64,000 nucleotides of DNA from Lophium mytilinum (GCA_010093605.1 MU004188.1:685673-749672), one strand, 5' to 3'. Shown: positions 26,433 through 40,149, counted from the stretch's first letter. Translations and numbers: made by a program. The notes: generated from the sequence alone by a model not told the origin.

Positions 26433-29400
26433 CGTGTTTGAGCTGCTGTGGAGACGGGAGACCGATGTTTAGCTAGGAAGATGTAGTAAACGTAAAGAGG
26501 TGGGGCTATGGGTGTTGCAAAGTGGGCTCGTGAGCATGAATATGTGGGGGGTAGTAGAATGCAGTGTTGGTGATAAGCTGTGGATAGGATTTCAATGACT
26601 GTTTCCGGGTTAAGTAGGTGTTGTTGATGTTGAGAGGTGTTACTGAGCTGGTCTTTGTGAAAGCCCCTGATAATGCCGTGAATACACGAGAGTTTGCTGG
26701 CTTGGAAGAGAAGGCTATGGAGCTGTTGGAAGCAAACTTCACGGTGAGTCTACCGCTGATGCATTCACCATTCCTACCTTTGAGGCTGTTGTAGACATTG
26801 AGAACCCAGACCCAAAAAAAAGATTCAACCTCACTGGGAGTCGAGATACAAAACCTAAAACACCCCCACGCCAGAGGAAGGTGTGAGAAGGTTGGGAGGC
26901 GACGGACGCGAGTACCTTTTTAACCCAGGCTTTGAGGAGAAATCATGGCCGTAGAACCACTGAGTGATCCACTTCTCCTCTCGACATTGGGCCCGTGGAA
27001 GATGAAAGGTATGAGTAGCCTTATTTATGACATCACACATGAGCTGTTCACTTCACTAGGAAACGATATAACTCCTTTCGAGTATCACACGTTTTCACTC
27101 TTTGCGACTATTTCTTTGCGCGGTACCTAGGAAGGTATTCAGGAGTGATCTTGGAAATATGTGAGCTCAGGGGACATTCGGTATCATTGAGCCGATATCT
27201 CCGGGACGATGTCATCGCAGCTACAAGTAGTCAGCGGTGCTCCTGTATTTGCGACCATCTCGGTGCGATTGAACAACTGAAGGCGGGCATGTAGATGTTG
27301 ATTTGACAATTCAATGCGGGCTTCGGGCGTAACTCATTCGACGTTTCGGCGAGTCTTCGGAAACTGTAAGGCCAGTCAACTCATTGGAGCCGCCGACTTT
27401 ATGAGAATGGAATTACGATTTGGTCAAGTTTCTGGCCGCACAGATAATGAGATGAGGTTGAAGAGAGTCAGGTCAGGAGTAGCGCGCCCCACATCGCGTT
27501 AGCGCCTCCTAACTTGGGAATAGCCCCTTCTCTCATTTTCCACCACATAGAACCTCGTGAAAACAACCATTCTTACGAAATTCTCTTCTCACGGACACAA
27601 ACCCTCTCCTTAACGCTCGTTGTTTCCACCTCCTCGTCTCCACTGCCATGCAAAATGAAACCCATCCCTGCTTGTCTAGCTTCCTTATCAACGCTAACAC
27701 GTTAGATATCACCCCTATCCGACGCTTTCAACCCCCTTCGTAGAGTGAGGGTCACGTTCACGTGAGCACTTCTAGGTAGACCGAGTTGTGTTCGGACGCG
27801 GCTCTCATGGACTTTGAGGGCTGGCAGTTTCACGGGAGACATGGCCCTTCAACCATCCTTTTTATAGGACGTTCGGACCCGACGAATCAGCGATGCCCAC
27901 ATGTAGTCTGCATGCAGCTATAGTAACTCTAGTATTAATACCGACTGAGAACCAAATCTGCAGGGCGCTTCCCATGTTTGCCACTCCCCGTGGGGGCGGC
28001 TCCCCCCCGGAGGATGAAACGGCTCCTGAGTCCCGACTAAGATCAAAACAGCAGACGGCCTAGAACGCGTGCTAGGACGTGCCATAAGTGGCTGTATCAG
28101 AAACTTCTCGATCCAGCTCGGAGACCGATACCGTGGTGCAGCAAACTTTGTGGAAAGAGTTGGCGAGTGCACAACGGGCAGATCAGAGACTGAAAGCTTC
28201 AAGCTGAAGCGAAAACGAGCGGCATGTGCGGGTGAGACGATGCACAAAACTCGCCATGGAACAAACATTCGACCTTTGGAACAGTCTTTGCTCGTTTTTT
28301 CTTCCATCCGATGCATGCTCTTTGTTAATCCAAAACAAGAAGACGATGTGACCACGCCAGAGATCGACAACCTAAATACGAATGCTATGCTAGCTTTACA
28401 GTATTTGGGGATGGATAGATGTTGGAGCACCTTCATGCCTCCCTGGCATCGATGGCCCGCGAAGCCAGGGATACCCCGCTCGCTCAATCAGTCTCCAGCT
28501 TGCGTGCCGCTCTATTCAGTTCCAGTGGGCCAAAATAATATCTTTGGGATTGTCTGTGTTGACCTTCTGAACACCCACCTTCAGCATCCTGGTCCGGACT
28601 ACTCGTGTGCTCGGTACTCGGGAAAATCGATGACATTTAATCAACATCTCGCCCCCATTTCCTAATCTGTCTCTCATATCATCGAATTCGCAAAGTTGTG
28701 CTGAACTCGGGAGCCATGCCTTCCGCTCGCCAAAACTAAGCAACGGGGTTGCAGCCCACGATTGGCCCCATGGCATCAACAAGGCGAGAATGATGTAGTC
28801 ATGCTGCATTTGCGTCTACAAGACTGCAGAATATGACGCCAAGGACCGGATTGCGCCTTGGATCGAGCCACGAAAGCAGTTGCATATATACATACGAAAC
28901 CCAACAACAATGCTGGCAGCGTGTCCAGTACGATCGACATCGGTGACTCCGAAGTTTTTCTTCATCGTCTAAAGCAGCGAGCCAATCACTCCAGAGTCCC
29001 TTGAAAAGTTGCAGTGTTCCTTGTTCCGGGACGTGCCGCCTATCCTTGCATGAATTACTACCTCTGGAATAGAACACCCGGTGTCCCGCTCTACCGTTGC
29101 GGCGGCAGCCAAACATTCCTGATCGTTGGCATGCGCTTCTAACGATTTCGGTATCGAAGAGCGAACCAACCGTTGAAACACAGCAAGCTTTTCTTACAGA
29201 TCCGGGATCAAGGCCGAGCGAAAGGTGCCCCACACATGCGTGCTCCGCATGCCCATTCACAGAACTTTTAACTTCCCCATACAGGACGACAGGCGCACGG
29301 ACTGGCCTGAGAAGTGGCGAGACATGTTCCGCTGGCACTCTGCTGCTGGGTCCATAGCATCCGGCTTTTGGGATTCGGAAGCACGTCTTAAAGCCCTTGG

Positions 29401-31622
29401 AAAGCTTCTGACCATGCTCACGCAGCAGCCCTTCTCTTCATAGAGTATTAAGAGACCTCACCTCTCCATGTGACTAGACGCACTCGAGCTTTCCTGTGTC
29501 CTAAAAGGATACCCCTTTCGTTGGGTAGAACGACAGATACCGCTGGTAGTCTTCGCGACAAGTCGTTGGAGAGATTGGGTGCCATTCTTAGCAACAACAT
29601 GCATTGTCTGCCCCCAGTATCTCAGGAAATACTGCGTGCAATTCACTCTCCTAGAGTCTATGTGTTCATCAATGCATGGCTAGTCAGAGAAGTATGTTGA
29701 ACACTTTTGCTGCAAGCACCGGGCTGTTGTTGGTTTCCACAAGAGGATTTGGGCGATCTAAAAGAAGAAACGATGATCCAAACCAGCTAAAAGCAGAGCG
29801 CGGCGGTGAGGTTTCGTGTTGCTGAATGTCTTTGCTCTATTTTGGCAAAGACTGCGACCGGTGAGGCTGGGGAGAACTATGCGTGGAATGAGGTCGCACA
29901 ATGGCGACCGCGACCATCCCATCTCAGCGCGATCTCGTCACGACATGCCTCACTGCGTTGGCACTCGAGCTACGGGTCGTCCCGCCCGAGGAGCTGGGCA
30001 GGGCTATTGTTGGCCAATACCAGGGCCGCAGTGGTAGGAGCCGAGAGGATCGCAGCCCCTGAGCTTGTCTGCATGACAAGGCGAGTATGAGGAACGACGG
30101 CGGGCGCAGCAGGCGGCACTGGCATCCTAAATTTACTTCTTGGCGGCGCCTCTGCGCGCTGCATGTATCCCCAATCTACGCCCTCCTTACGTCGTACACC
30201 TCTTCGCCGCCCTCTCCTCACCGTATCCGCTGGGCGCCCATGCTTCACTCGCACGGCAGACTGACACCTTCCATGAACCTTCTATGCATCCCCCGTACTA
30301 CCGACGCTTTCAGCCCACAAACCTCTCCAATCGGACGGGCCTGCTGGTAATTCAAACGGCTATCAAACCAACGGTATCGGTCGCCAGACAGTGGTGCTGC
30401 TGTGCAACCCTCTTGAGAACGCCAACTTCCCCGCCCGAGCAGCGGTCGGCCTCGTATCACTTGCCTACTCTCGACCCAACTCCGATCTACTCGTGCCGTT
30501 GAAGGGTGCACGCATTGCTTTATGACATCAATGGACGCCATGGCTGCTGTAGAGCATATTGTAGCTTCAGGCGGGTGGCCTTCCAACGCTCGGAAGGCCG
30601 CTTGCTGTGCTCTTGTCAGCACAAATATATGAAGCAGCCGCCTTTTGAGCAACACAAAAGCATCTTTAAAGTGCCGTCGATGTTCTAGGCGCGTCACTCC
30701 AGCTTGAGAGGGTTCCATACGACGTGAACATGCCAGGGGCGTTGAGGGCAGACCCATCAATCAGGCTCATTCCCAAGGCACCCAGGCAACGAAACAGGAC
30801 TCCTCCTCGACCATTGGCACCGGGGCCTGAGACCCGCGTTTGTGGAGCTTCACATTGCGAAACGTATTCTTGGGTCAGGGCGCCGCTTCGGTATGCCTCG
30901 TGGTCATCATCTCTCCAACGCATTTACTTCAGTTTGTTGCACCACGCCCGTGGCACCATGCACATGGTGTCTTCCTACTTCCATTCAAGTCCTAGTGACT
31001 GGGTTCACCGACACTGTGCCTGGAAGCATTCCACAGGAATCCTTTGGTGTTGACTTTGAATCAACTAACGACTGTGCCGCTCGGGACTCTATCGTATCAG
31101 AAGCATAATGATTTCCCGTCAGTGACGAGCGAAAGCAAGGGGGCGGACACCTTGCTGGAGCTTTTGTTCATATCCATGTCAGCAACCAACTTGTAAACCC
31201 TGGGTTCCTGCATATTTTCCATCCTCGTCTGTGCATTTGGCCTGATCATGGGCCTATTCTGAGCCGTGCACTTGCATCTTGAGCTTTGGCACCAGGGTTG
31301 CCGAAGCCGTTTTCCCCATTCAACATGGTTGCTCAGCCCCCAGCAGGCCCGAGGCACAGCCCATCGGCTGAAAGTGTTGTAGTGCAGATCCATGTAAGCC
31401 ACCATGCAGGTGGTCAATCTATTGGGATACAGACCCTCTTGTTGCTGACTTGGTTCTACAGGAATCCTTCCAGATCATTTCCCTCTCTATCATAGTCGCC
31501 TGAGACTCAGACGTTGGTTCGTCACGATATATATATTATCTTGTCTTGCCCCTCGGGCTTTCAAACATGCTAAAAGAATTATCCTTCACTCAAATTTTAA
31601 ACACTACCTTCGTTCCAGAACC

Positions 31623-33094
31623 ATGTCAGTCAACAATCGTAGCCCTATTGCAAAGCCCGCGGAACCAAAGCCGCGGAAGCTGAGAGCATCTTGTGATGCA
31701 TGCTCGCGTGCTAAGGTGAAGTGTGATAAGGTCAGGCCTACATGCCATCGGTGTGGAAATATGGGGATATGCTGTAACTACTCCCCGTCAATGAGGTAAG
31801 TCATTCATATTGTCTCTAGGACCAAGAGCTAAAATGCGTTAGGCTAGGCAAGCCTCGAAAGAATCGAAGCATAGACATGTCACTGATCCGCGACGTATCT
31901 CCGGCAAGCTCCTGTGGAGCCTTCGGGTCACGGCTCGACATGAGATCACGAACCGCATCGTCTACAGCAGAGAGCTCACCTGAGCCGATTGATTCATTCT
32001 TCTTCGGACCAAATACCCCAGAGTATCCCTACCAAGACGCGTTTATGGCCGGGTTCAATAGCCGCTATTCGCCAGAAACCACCACCGGCCCTAGCTTGCC
32101 CGGATATCACACCGAAGATCTCTTTCTGACTCCGTCGTCAGAGCCGCTATTTAGCAGTCCTCTGTCCCACTTCCCGCCCTCTTATCACACCGGGACGCTC
32201 TCTGTTCCCATCACCATGCCTGGCCACTCCGCGCAGTTCACAACGCCCCAAACCATGCACCATCCCATGTCATCCCAAGCACCAAACCACTACTCCTCCT
32301 CTGACGACCAATCCTACTTCACCTCAAAATACATGACCGAGCCGACTGCAATGACAGGCCCTTGTCCCCTCCCAACCCCAGACCCAGCGCCCACCTCGAC
32401 GCCACACGCCCGCGACCACGACTGCACCGAATTCGCCTTCTCCACCCTCAGCAACCTCTACGCACCACCCTCCTACCAGCCCTCCGCCGCCGACTTCGGC
32501 GCTGCCGCCGGCCTGCCCACCCTCGACTCCGTCCTCGCCACCAACAAGGACGCCGTCGAGAAAGTCTCGGTGCTGCTCGGCTGCCCCTGCTCCACGAACC
32601 CCCACTACAGCACCACCGTCGCCTTCACCATCATCAAGATCCTCGCGTGGTACCAAGCCGTCGCGGGGCTGGGCTCGCCCCACAACGCCGTCTCCGCTTC
32701 CTCCGCCGCCGCCGACGGGACCGCGAGCAGCGGTGGGCCCCTCGAAGCGTTTACGGCGACGCCTATCGCGCTCGGCGCGTTCCAGCTCGACGGCGAGGAC
32801 GAGGCGCGCTTCCGGGCGCAGGTCGTGCTGGGCGAGCTGCGCCGCGTGGAGAAGCTGGTTGATAAGTTCAGCGACCGGTACTGCAAGGCGGCGGCGGGTG
32901 CGCGGGAGAAGATGGAGCAAGGGGGTGGTGCGGCTGGGGGCGTGTATGGGAGCTTGGAGACGCTGTTGCGGACGCGGGTGCGCGAGACGGTAGCGATGAC
33001 GCTTGGGGGTGCGGCGGAGGATGTCAGACGGCAGTGGCAGCAGGCGCAGGTGATGGGGCGGCGGAGGGGGGAGGGGTGGGGGGTTGAGGTGTGA
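31623..33094 (+). CDS. AflR-type Zn(II)2Cys6 transcription factor
   Basis: Exon 1 KLRASCDACSRAKVKCDKVRPTCHRCGNMGICCNYS; intron ~31796-31842; C-terminal AflR-like region (LDSVL..N..LL.CPCS, IIKILAWY, QVVLGELRRV). Confidence 0.92.
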
Positions 33095-34116
33095 TGGATG
33101 GCTGGTACGAAAAAGAGAAAGGTGGAGATGTGGGCTTCTTTGGAATGGGAAAGGGGGTTTTGGGTAATTTTTATTGGATATTGATTATGGAGAGTGATGT
33201 GAGTGTAGATAGAGTTGCGTGTCAACGGCTGTATGAAAACGTGTATTTCTATGAGGTGGTACCAATGTATTTTTGTCAATTTTTTTTACTCAGTAAGAGA
33301 CGCAATGGTAATACATTGACAGTATGAGAATGGGTCTAGAGAGGAGGTACTTCAAGACGTTCGTGAGGCTGATGGCGCAATGCTGACCGGACTGCTTCTG
33401 TTACCTAACCCCCCTGTCCGGACGTCCGCTTGGTGCTTACGTTATTCTACGCGAGTTGCGGCTCCGGCATGGTGGCTTGCCTATAGTAGTATCGAATAAC
33501 ATTTGCTCGACAGTGTCCATCTTGATTTTCCAGCGGATTGTGGTTCTTGGTGTTCGTCTGGTTGGTGTTTCGGAATCCTACGTGTCGAGGTTATGGCCCG
33601 TGCATATGCGTCACGTGACTCTTATGTCAGCTGCACGTGACTACATGATGAGGCTTGCGTGTTGGAGCATTCAGGTCGTCGATTCTCGGCCTCACTTCAA
33701 ATTCGAAAGGTGCATTCCCATCTTCGCAAGTATGAAGATGCAGCATTCATGATTCAAAAGAGTTCGGGGACCAGAGTCAAGGGAGGCGAACTTGGACGAT
33801 CTATTCCGGAAAGTATAATAGTTCAAAGCCCGCCAGTGAAGGCGGACAGTGAGTTAGCACCTTGATCGGGGTGTTCCGTGGTACTCTACAGGTAGGTGAA
33901 GAGAGCTCATGGTGCGTTATCCTGCATCCACGTCTTCGGCTCCGCGTACCAGCGGCCAGGAGAACCTCGCATCTCCTTCGCTTTTTGTCGGTGCATAGTA
34001 TCCTACGCAGTATGTTTACAAAGACAACTATTCATAGTCACTTTTCTGGCTCCAGGACATAACATCAAGGAAAGCTCGAAGGTTGCTGATACCCAGCTAA
34101 TCAAACTTGGTCACTG

Positions 34117-34380
34117 ATGTGTGGGTTCTTGCAAACGCTGTGCCCGGTGTGCGGGAGGGGGGGGGAGTACAGGTTCCAGAGTTGTGAGAAGTTGGATTGC
34201 CTGGCCATGGCAAAAGACGGCGGTGGGAGGGGTTGGGTGCCTGCTCAGACGGAGAAGAAGAGGTGTGAGGGATGTAAGGAGGCGCTGGATCGCTGGAGGA
34301 GTGGAAGATCCGCCGACATGGACTGTAGCGGAGGTCGTGCCGACGGAACGTTAATGGGGCCGGGGACGAGGGATTGCTGA
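34117..34380 (+). CDS. Cys-rich microprotein (MC-x6-CxxCG...CxxC), family member 1
   Basis: 87-aa ORF sharing Cys spacing with the three ORFs at 38.3-40.1 kb. Confidence 0.55.
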   Translation: MCGFLQTLCPVCGRGGEYRFQSCEKLDCLAMAKDGGGRGWVPAQTEKKRCEGCKEALDRWRSGRSADMDCSGGRADGTLMGPGTRDC

Positions 34381-35630
34381 ATCTGCTCGCAAATCTAGTA
34401 GTTTCAAGGGGTTGCTTCTTGGAAAGACTAAAAGATGTGGTATTAATCACAGCTTCTTTTGATTGGGGTACTTCGTGATCCGGTCTATTCTGTCTTGTCT
34501 ACCAAAGAGCTCTCCCATGATCGGAAACCCCCGGGAGTGATTCTCGATGCTGCGTGGCAGTCTACCGGATGTAGTACTAATCACTGTCTCCTATAGCTCG
34601 CTGCAGTCTTCCTATCTTATCTACTCGTGATCTTTGGCATTGACATCATGGTCCCAGGTCTAGACTACTGCTGATGATGCTGGCCTCGGGTAAAACGGTG
34701 GATACGAGGACTCCAGCCTGGACTGCTAATGATAGACTTGGCCTCTGGCAATGTGACCGGTTCTGCAATTTACATGGTGATCCGGTATTGCTTTTGCTGT
34801 TCCTACCGCTCGCCGGTTGTCAGACTTCTCCCAAGTTGATGTATAGTATATGGTACTAAGGCAGGCTCTTTTCCGCGATGGAGGGGAAATCGGCATGTGT
34901 TATCCACGAGCGTAAGGCGGATTGACGTCGGAAACCCGATCGACGATGCCTCCGGGGTCGGTTGGAGCCCAACGCTGAGCTGCATCTTACCTGCCGTGCA
35001 TCCTCGGGACGATGTGTCCATATAGAAATGGCGCAGCTGCAGCTGGCGACGCGGCCATCGCGATTCGAGTGGATATAGAGGGTCACACGGCGGTTGACAT
35101 CGGTGGCGGGGCGGCCAGGAACGGAGATGTGCCCCGCCACATCAGGGTCTGGGCTCGTCTTCCGACACGGAAATGGTGGGGCAGCAGCGATGACGTCGGC
35201 AATCTGCTGTGGCTTCCCGCATGCGAAAGCAACAATTGGATGCCAGAATGCCCCTAAGCCGCAATTGCCCATAGCGCGGATCTCTAGTTGCTGCTCGCGA
35301 TTGGCCGGCAGCTCGCGCCGTGCCGTCATGCCAAGCAGTGAATGGACTTTTGCTGCTTCGGGCGTAGCCTTCCGCGTGCCACTTGAGGCACTCCTTCCCA
35401 CACGTCATCGCGACGACAGCTTTGAAGGCGGCATAGAGGGGTCATGGGGTGAGGGGCAGGCAGTCGCACTGGCCGCCCGGGCGCGTCATTCCACGAGGCA
35501 GCCGCAGTCGAGGGCGTATATAAGTCTTCCACCTGCCCGCTTCCTGTCTTCTTCTTCATCCACCAACAACTCCACATCACAATCACAACACCAAACCAAC
35601 CAACAACCAATCCCCAACAACAAACTCACA

Positions 35631-35932
35631 ATGGATGCCATCAAGTATGCTCTGCCCCTCTCGTTCTGAGTCTCCGCAACGGCTGCTAACCCCTCACCTT
35701 AGGAACGCTGCCAACTCCGCCTCCGAGACCATCCAACAGGGTGTCTCCGGCACCTCCAAGGAGGCCAACAAGCAGGTCGCCAAGGACGGTGATGCATCCC
35801 TCACTGACCGTGCCACCGCTGGCAAGGACGCTCTCTCGGACAAGGCCTCTGAGGAGAAGCACGCTGTAAGCAGCCTCAACAATCCGGACACATATTCATC
35901 TCACTAACCCCTCGTCTCAGGCCAAGAAGTAA
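35631..35932 (+). CDS. grg1: Glucose-repressible protein Grg1/Ccg-1
   Basis: MDAIK/NAANSASETIQ..SKEANKQVAKD..RATAGKDALSDK..EEKH/AKK; 2 introns; TATATAA at ~35517. Confidence 0.9.
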
Positions 35933-38316
35933 ATGCTCGAGCTGGACAACCACTTCACCTTCATCAGTCAACACTAGGGATCATGGGCGATACCACGGCT
36001 AGGCCTGGTTAGGGCTAGCTACTACATCTTAGCTTCAATGAAATGACGGCTTCGGAACTCTGAACTATCTCTTGGTGTCGTGAACTGTGACTGCGTGACT
36101 GCTTCAACTACATGTGAGACGCTTCTGCCTCATCCATCCTTCTCTTCATCATCTTCTCGTTTTGCGTCCTTGGTTATTGCAATCAATACACGTTTCTCCT
36201 TCACGACCTCACGAACCTACTCAGGCTCCCAAATCGAGCCAGTGCTGCGCTGTTAGCATCGTGTAGGCGCCTATCTAAGGACTTTCTCAATTGCCATGTC
36301 GCCGCAACTCTACCACAAAATGCCGCACGCTCACATAGACGTATGTGCAAGCTCTTCTACCGCTGCTTGTGGTGTTCCGATTAGCTTCTAAGAACTTAAA
36401 CAGCTGTCAAGTCTATCAATTACAACATCTGCGAACTCGTCAGGCAACTTTCCACATCTTAGCTATCAACATTACGACTTGCAGAACGGGTCCCTTCGAA
36501 GTTTGAGCAGCTTCTCCGTATCAAAATCACTCCCTCGCCGCGTCGAATGTCAATCATCGAACCACTCTTTCCTCTTCCCTGTCATCAGGACGTGAAGGCT
36601 CGACACCTTGTAAGGGAGCTCGCCTTGAACCTTCCCCCGCCATTCCACTCCTATCTAACCTCCTTTCTCAGAACGTTGCTGAACCCCACCATGCGCACAA
36701 CCTATCCCAACCCCGCACCCGCTGGCTTAATCACACTCGTCGCCAGCGTCACCCCCCGCGTTCATGCTAAAGAAGGTCGCAGAGAAGTATAGCTCTGAGC
36801 TCTCCCCCAGGCAAGGCCACCTAGAGTTCAACGACTCCATCGAACTCGGCGTTCTTGAGGCTATACTCAGCCACGCCCGTTGCGGAGAGGAGACATTGCA
36901 CGATCCGTGGGCGAGACGCGGTAACATGCGATGACGGGGTAGTGTCATACGGCTATTGGGGATGAAATTGAGGCATCTATTATGCGAATGTGGAGACAAA
37001 TAGGCTGGAGAGGGAATTTCGGGCCCCGCGCTTTCGGAGCAAGCCGATGAAGAGGACGAGGATAATTTGAAGGATTGGGACGTGGAATCTGCTAAGAAGG
37101 AGAGCCCTACGAAGTATTGCAATGAGATTTATGGGACTGAAAATAGCGAGACGTAGGAGAAAAATTGCGGACATGACTCCGTCACGCTAGCCACACACAC
37201 ACACTACTCGGGTGACCACACGGGAGCCCTCAAAGAGAATGATCTCCTATGATGAAGACTCGATGGCTTCGATGGCACTCGGTTTGGGTATTGTTTGAGG
37301 GATTGATCACTAATGCCGACCTCCAATGATTTAGGTTGACATGGTCTTACAAGCCTACAGCTAGATCGTCATCAGGGCGCATTCGAGCAACCAGGCCATC
37401 AATTTCTACTCTTAATGGGCGCGCTAGGCCACCTCAGACGTCAGTGTCATGATGGGATGTAAGAAATGCGCATATCTATAGGCCTATGGCTGGGCACTAC
37501 TTTCTCAAAGGTCGCTTTTCTCCATGATATATTCCTCCTCATCGAACTTAGTGCGTAAGATACCCCCTACTTGCGATCCAATATGCAGCTTTACTTGCTT
37601 TCAGCTTTCGTAGAGTATCATTGGCTCTGGAGTTTCATTTCCTTGAATGCGGCCATTATGCCTTCCATCGTCCGCTCTGCTGCCTCATATCTCTACACAT
37701 ACTGTCTAATATAGGTTTGTGTGAATGCAACAATTACTACTTAAGGTACCCCAGCGCACCAATTGAAAAGCGAAGCGATAGATCAAAACGCAGTCCACTA
37801 ATCTTGCTCCTATTGTCTGAGGTAGGCGAAAAGGTTTTCGGCTGCTCAAAATGATTTACTTCAATCTGATTTGGACTGACGGAAGTTTCCGAGACGCCAC
37901 AAACATCGGCGAGATCGTATGGGATTATCCATGATAACTAAGAACCTTATTCTCATGGCTTCACGATTCCCCTTCACTAGTTCTGGCATTGCTTCAATTC
38001 TTCCATTGATACCCAAGGACTCGTTGTCCTTGACAACTTTTCTTGGAGCTGGCTGCCCCATACGTCATCACCAGTTCCGTATTGCGGTGACCCGTATTTC
38101 CTGTGAAGCTATGCTTCACTATCCCTGGAACCCAACTCACCAAGAAAATCTTTCTAGCATATATAAACCTACATCCACTTTCTTCCTTTCCTTCTATATA
38201 CCTAAGTCCTCTCCATCAAGATAACCACAACTTTCAGCATTCGAAATTCTCGCCCTCAGTCATAGAACGTTTTATCGAAACCCACCAGTAAACCACAATA
38301 CCGTACATCTTCCACA

Positions 38317-38535
38317 ATGTGCCAACTCAGTACAATCACCTGCACCCGCTGCGGCGACAAGGAGGAGGTCTACAAGCCATGCCTGATGTTCCGTGTCAAT
38401 AACCCGAAAGGCACCGTCCTTGATGCTCGTGGATTCGCGGATTGCGAATGGAAGACACAGTACAATGAGCAGAGCAATGCGGGGTGTGCCGAATGCCTTC
38501 GACGCTCGCTTGGGGGTAGACGCTATAGGCCATGA
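38317..38535 (+). CDS. Cys-rich microprotein, family member 2
   Basis: 72 aa; TATATAAA near 38159; CACAATG start context; conserved Cys pattern. Confidence 0.7.
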   Translation: MCQLSTITCTRCGDKEEVYKPCLMFRVNNPKGTVLDARGFADCEWKTQYNEQSNAGCAECLRRSLGGRRYRP

Positions 38536-39144
38536 AGTGGATGTGGGGTCCATGTGCAAGGGAAGGATGATCTAGATAGTCGATCTGATTAAGCTTGCCT
38601 CTCATTATATAATCCTGATCTTGATGTGACTGCTTGCGTGAACCCTCGGCCTTGTTCTCGGCCTCAGTCAGCTTGACTTATGCTCAGTTTCGTCATCTAC
38701 AAAATCGACGCCTGTTTTCCCTTACGTGGTGTATTATGGATACCTGGTGTCTCTTGACTCTACGTACTCCCTACTTACAATACTCCCTTCCATTTTCTGC
38801 GTCTTACTCCTGGCAACGTCTAGAATCCTCATGTCCAAATCAATCTGCAAGGTTAGCTTCTCGTCAGCAAACACAAAAGCGGCGTTATTAGGAACGTGTT
38901 AGCATTAGGTGAATGCATGCCTCGCAGTTGTCCGAAGCCACTTCACAGCCAGTAGAGGCCAGCTCACGTAGGGAAGCCTTTCGAGGGTATATAACGCTCC
39001 CTAGCTCCTCTTCTTTTCCATTACCCAAATATCCACCATCGACACAAGCAAAAATATCAGCAATCAGAAATCTAACCCCATACATAAAGCCCACCATCGA
39101 ACCAGCCTAACAGACCACTTTGCCCAACCACTACCGCTTCCACG

Positions 39145-39369
39145 ATGTGCACACACCTCACACAGACCTGCAACCGCTGCGGCGCTAAGACCGAGTACTT
39201 CACATCATGCCTAGGTTTCAGCTTTGATAACGGGCGCGAGGCCGTCCCCGATGCTAGTCAAGTTGCCAAATGCAAGTGTGCCAACCAAGTCAACCAGCGT
39301 AAGAATGGGTGCGACAAATGCTATCGATCGGATCGGCCCCGCTTGGGCCACTTGGGGCATATTGGGTAG
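39145..39369 (+). CDS. Cys-rich microprotein, family member 3
   Basis: 74 aa; TCGAGGGTATATAA promoter; conserved Cys pattern; 3' UTR homologous to member 2. Confidence 0.7.
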   Translation: MCTHLTQTCNRCGAKTEYFTSCLGFSFDNGREAVPDASQVAKCKCANQVNQRKNGCDKCYRSDRPRLGHLGHIG

Positions 39370-39915
39370 GAATTGACGGGAACGGATGATCTGAGATAGT
39401 CTATATCTAGAATATTGATTAAGCTTGCCTTGTACACCATTGATTTGACTTTGGATGAGAGTGTGAATGTCAGGGAGGAGCCTACAACTTAGTTGTTATG
39501 TGAAAAGTAATGATGTGTTAAGAGCTGCATGGCGCGGTTACCGTCTTCTTCTTTGCTCTACGTACACTCTTCCGTCATCGATACGTTCTTTTCTTTGCTC
39601 ATGCCCAACGTATACCCCTGCTACACTGCGTGACAGTTGATAAGTAATGTGTCAGCATCAGGTGAAGGCGTGCCTCGTCGCTTGAAGCCACCGCACAGTC
39701 ACTGAAAGCCACCTCGTCAAGGCAGGCCTTTCGAGGGTATATATATCCCTGACTACATCTTCTTCCTTTCCCTTATTTAAACATTCTCCACAATCACAAC
39801 TCTAACTACCAGCAGCCACAGAACTTAACCCTAACTACCAAATCCATCATCAAACCCTTTACCAACCCCTTTATCAAACGACACTCTTCATCAATCCAAC
39901 ACCCCCACCTGCACA

Positions 39916-40149
39916 GTGTGCAAGCACGAGAAGTTCATCTGCAACAACTGCGGCGCCCAGGACGAAATGTTCACCTCCTGCGCTGACTGGAGCCGGCGGA
40001 ACCCCCGCGCTGACCCCAGCGCTCCGGGCCCAGACGGCAAGCCGAACTGCTCGAAATGCCCTCGATTTGCACCTTACTACCGTCGCTACCCGACCTGCGA
40101 AGAGTGCCCTCTCCCTTCTGTATCCGGTCGCCGTGGCCGTGGGTACTAG
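39916..40149 (+). CDS. Cys-rich microprotein, family member 4 (GTG in place of ATG)
   Basis: 77-codon intact frame with conserved Cys pattern; promoter homologous to member 3; CACA-GTG-TGC start context. Confidence 0.55.
   Translation: MCKHEKFICNNCGAQDEMFTSCADWSRRNPRADPSAPGPDGKPNCSKCPRFAPYYRRYPTCEECPLPSVSGRRGRGY

Noticed and set aside
28069..31417. Numerous 60-200 aa ORFs
   Set aside because: No domain motifs, coding bias or consistent exon structure.
36547..37130. Possible decayed gene
   Set aside because: Multiple stops and no family I can recognise.
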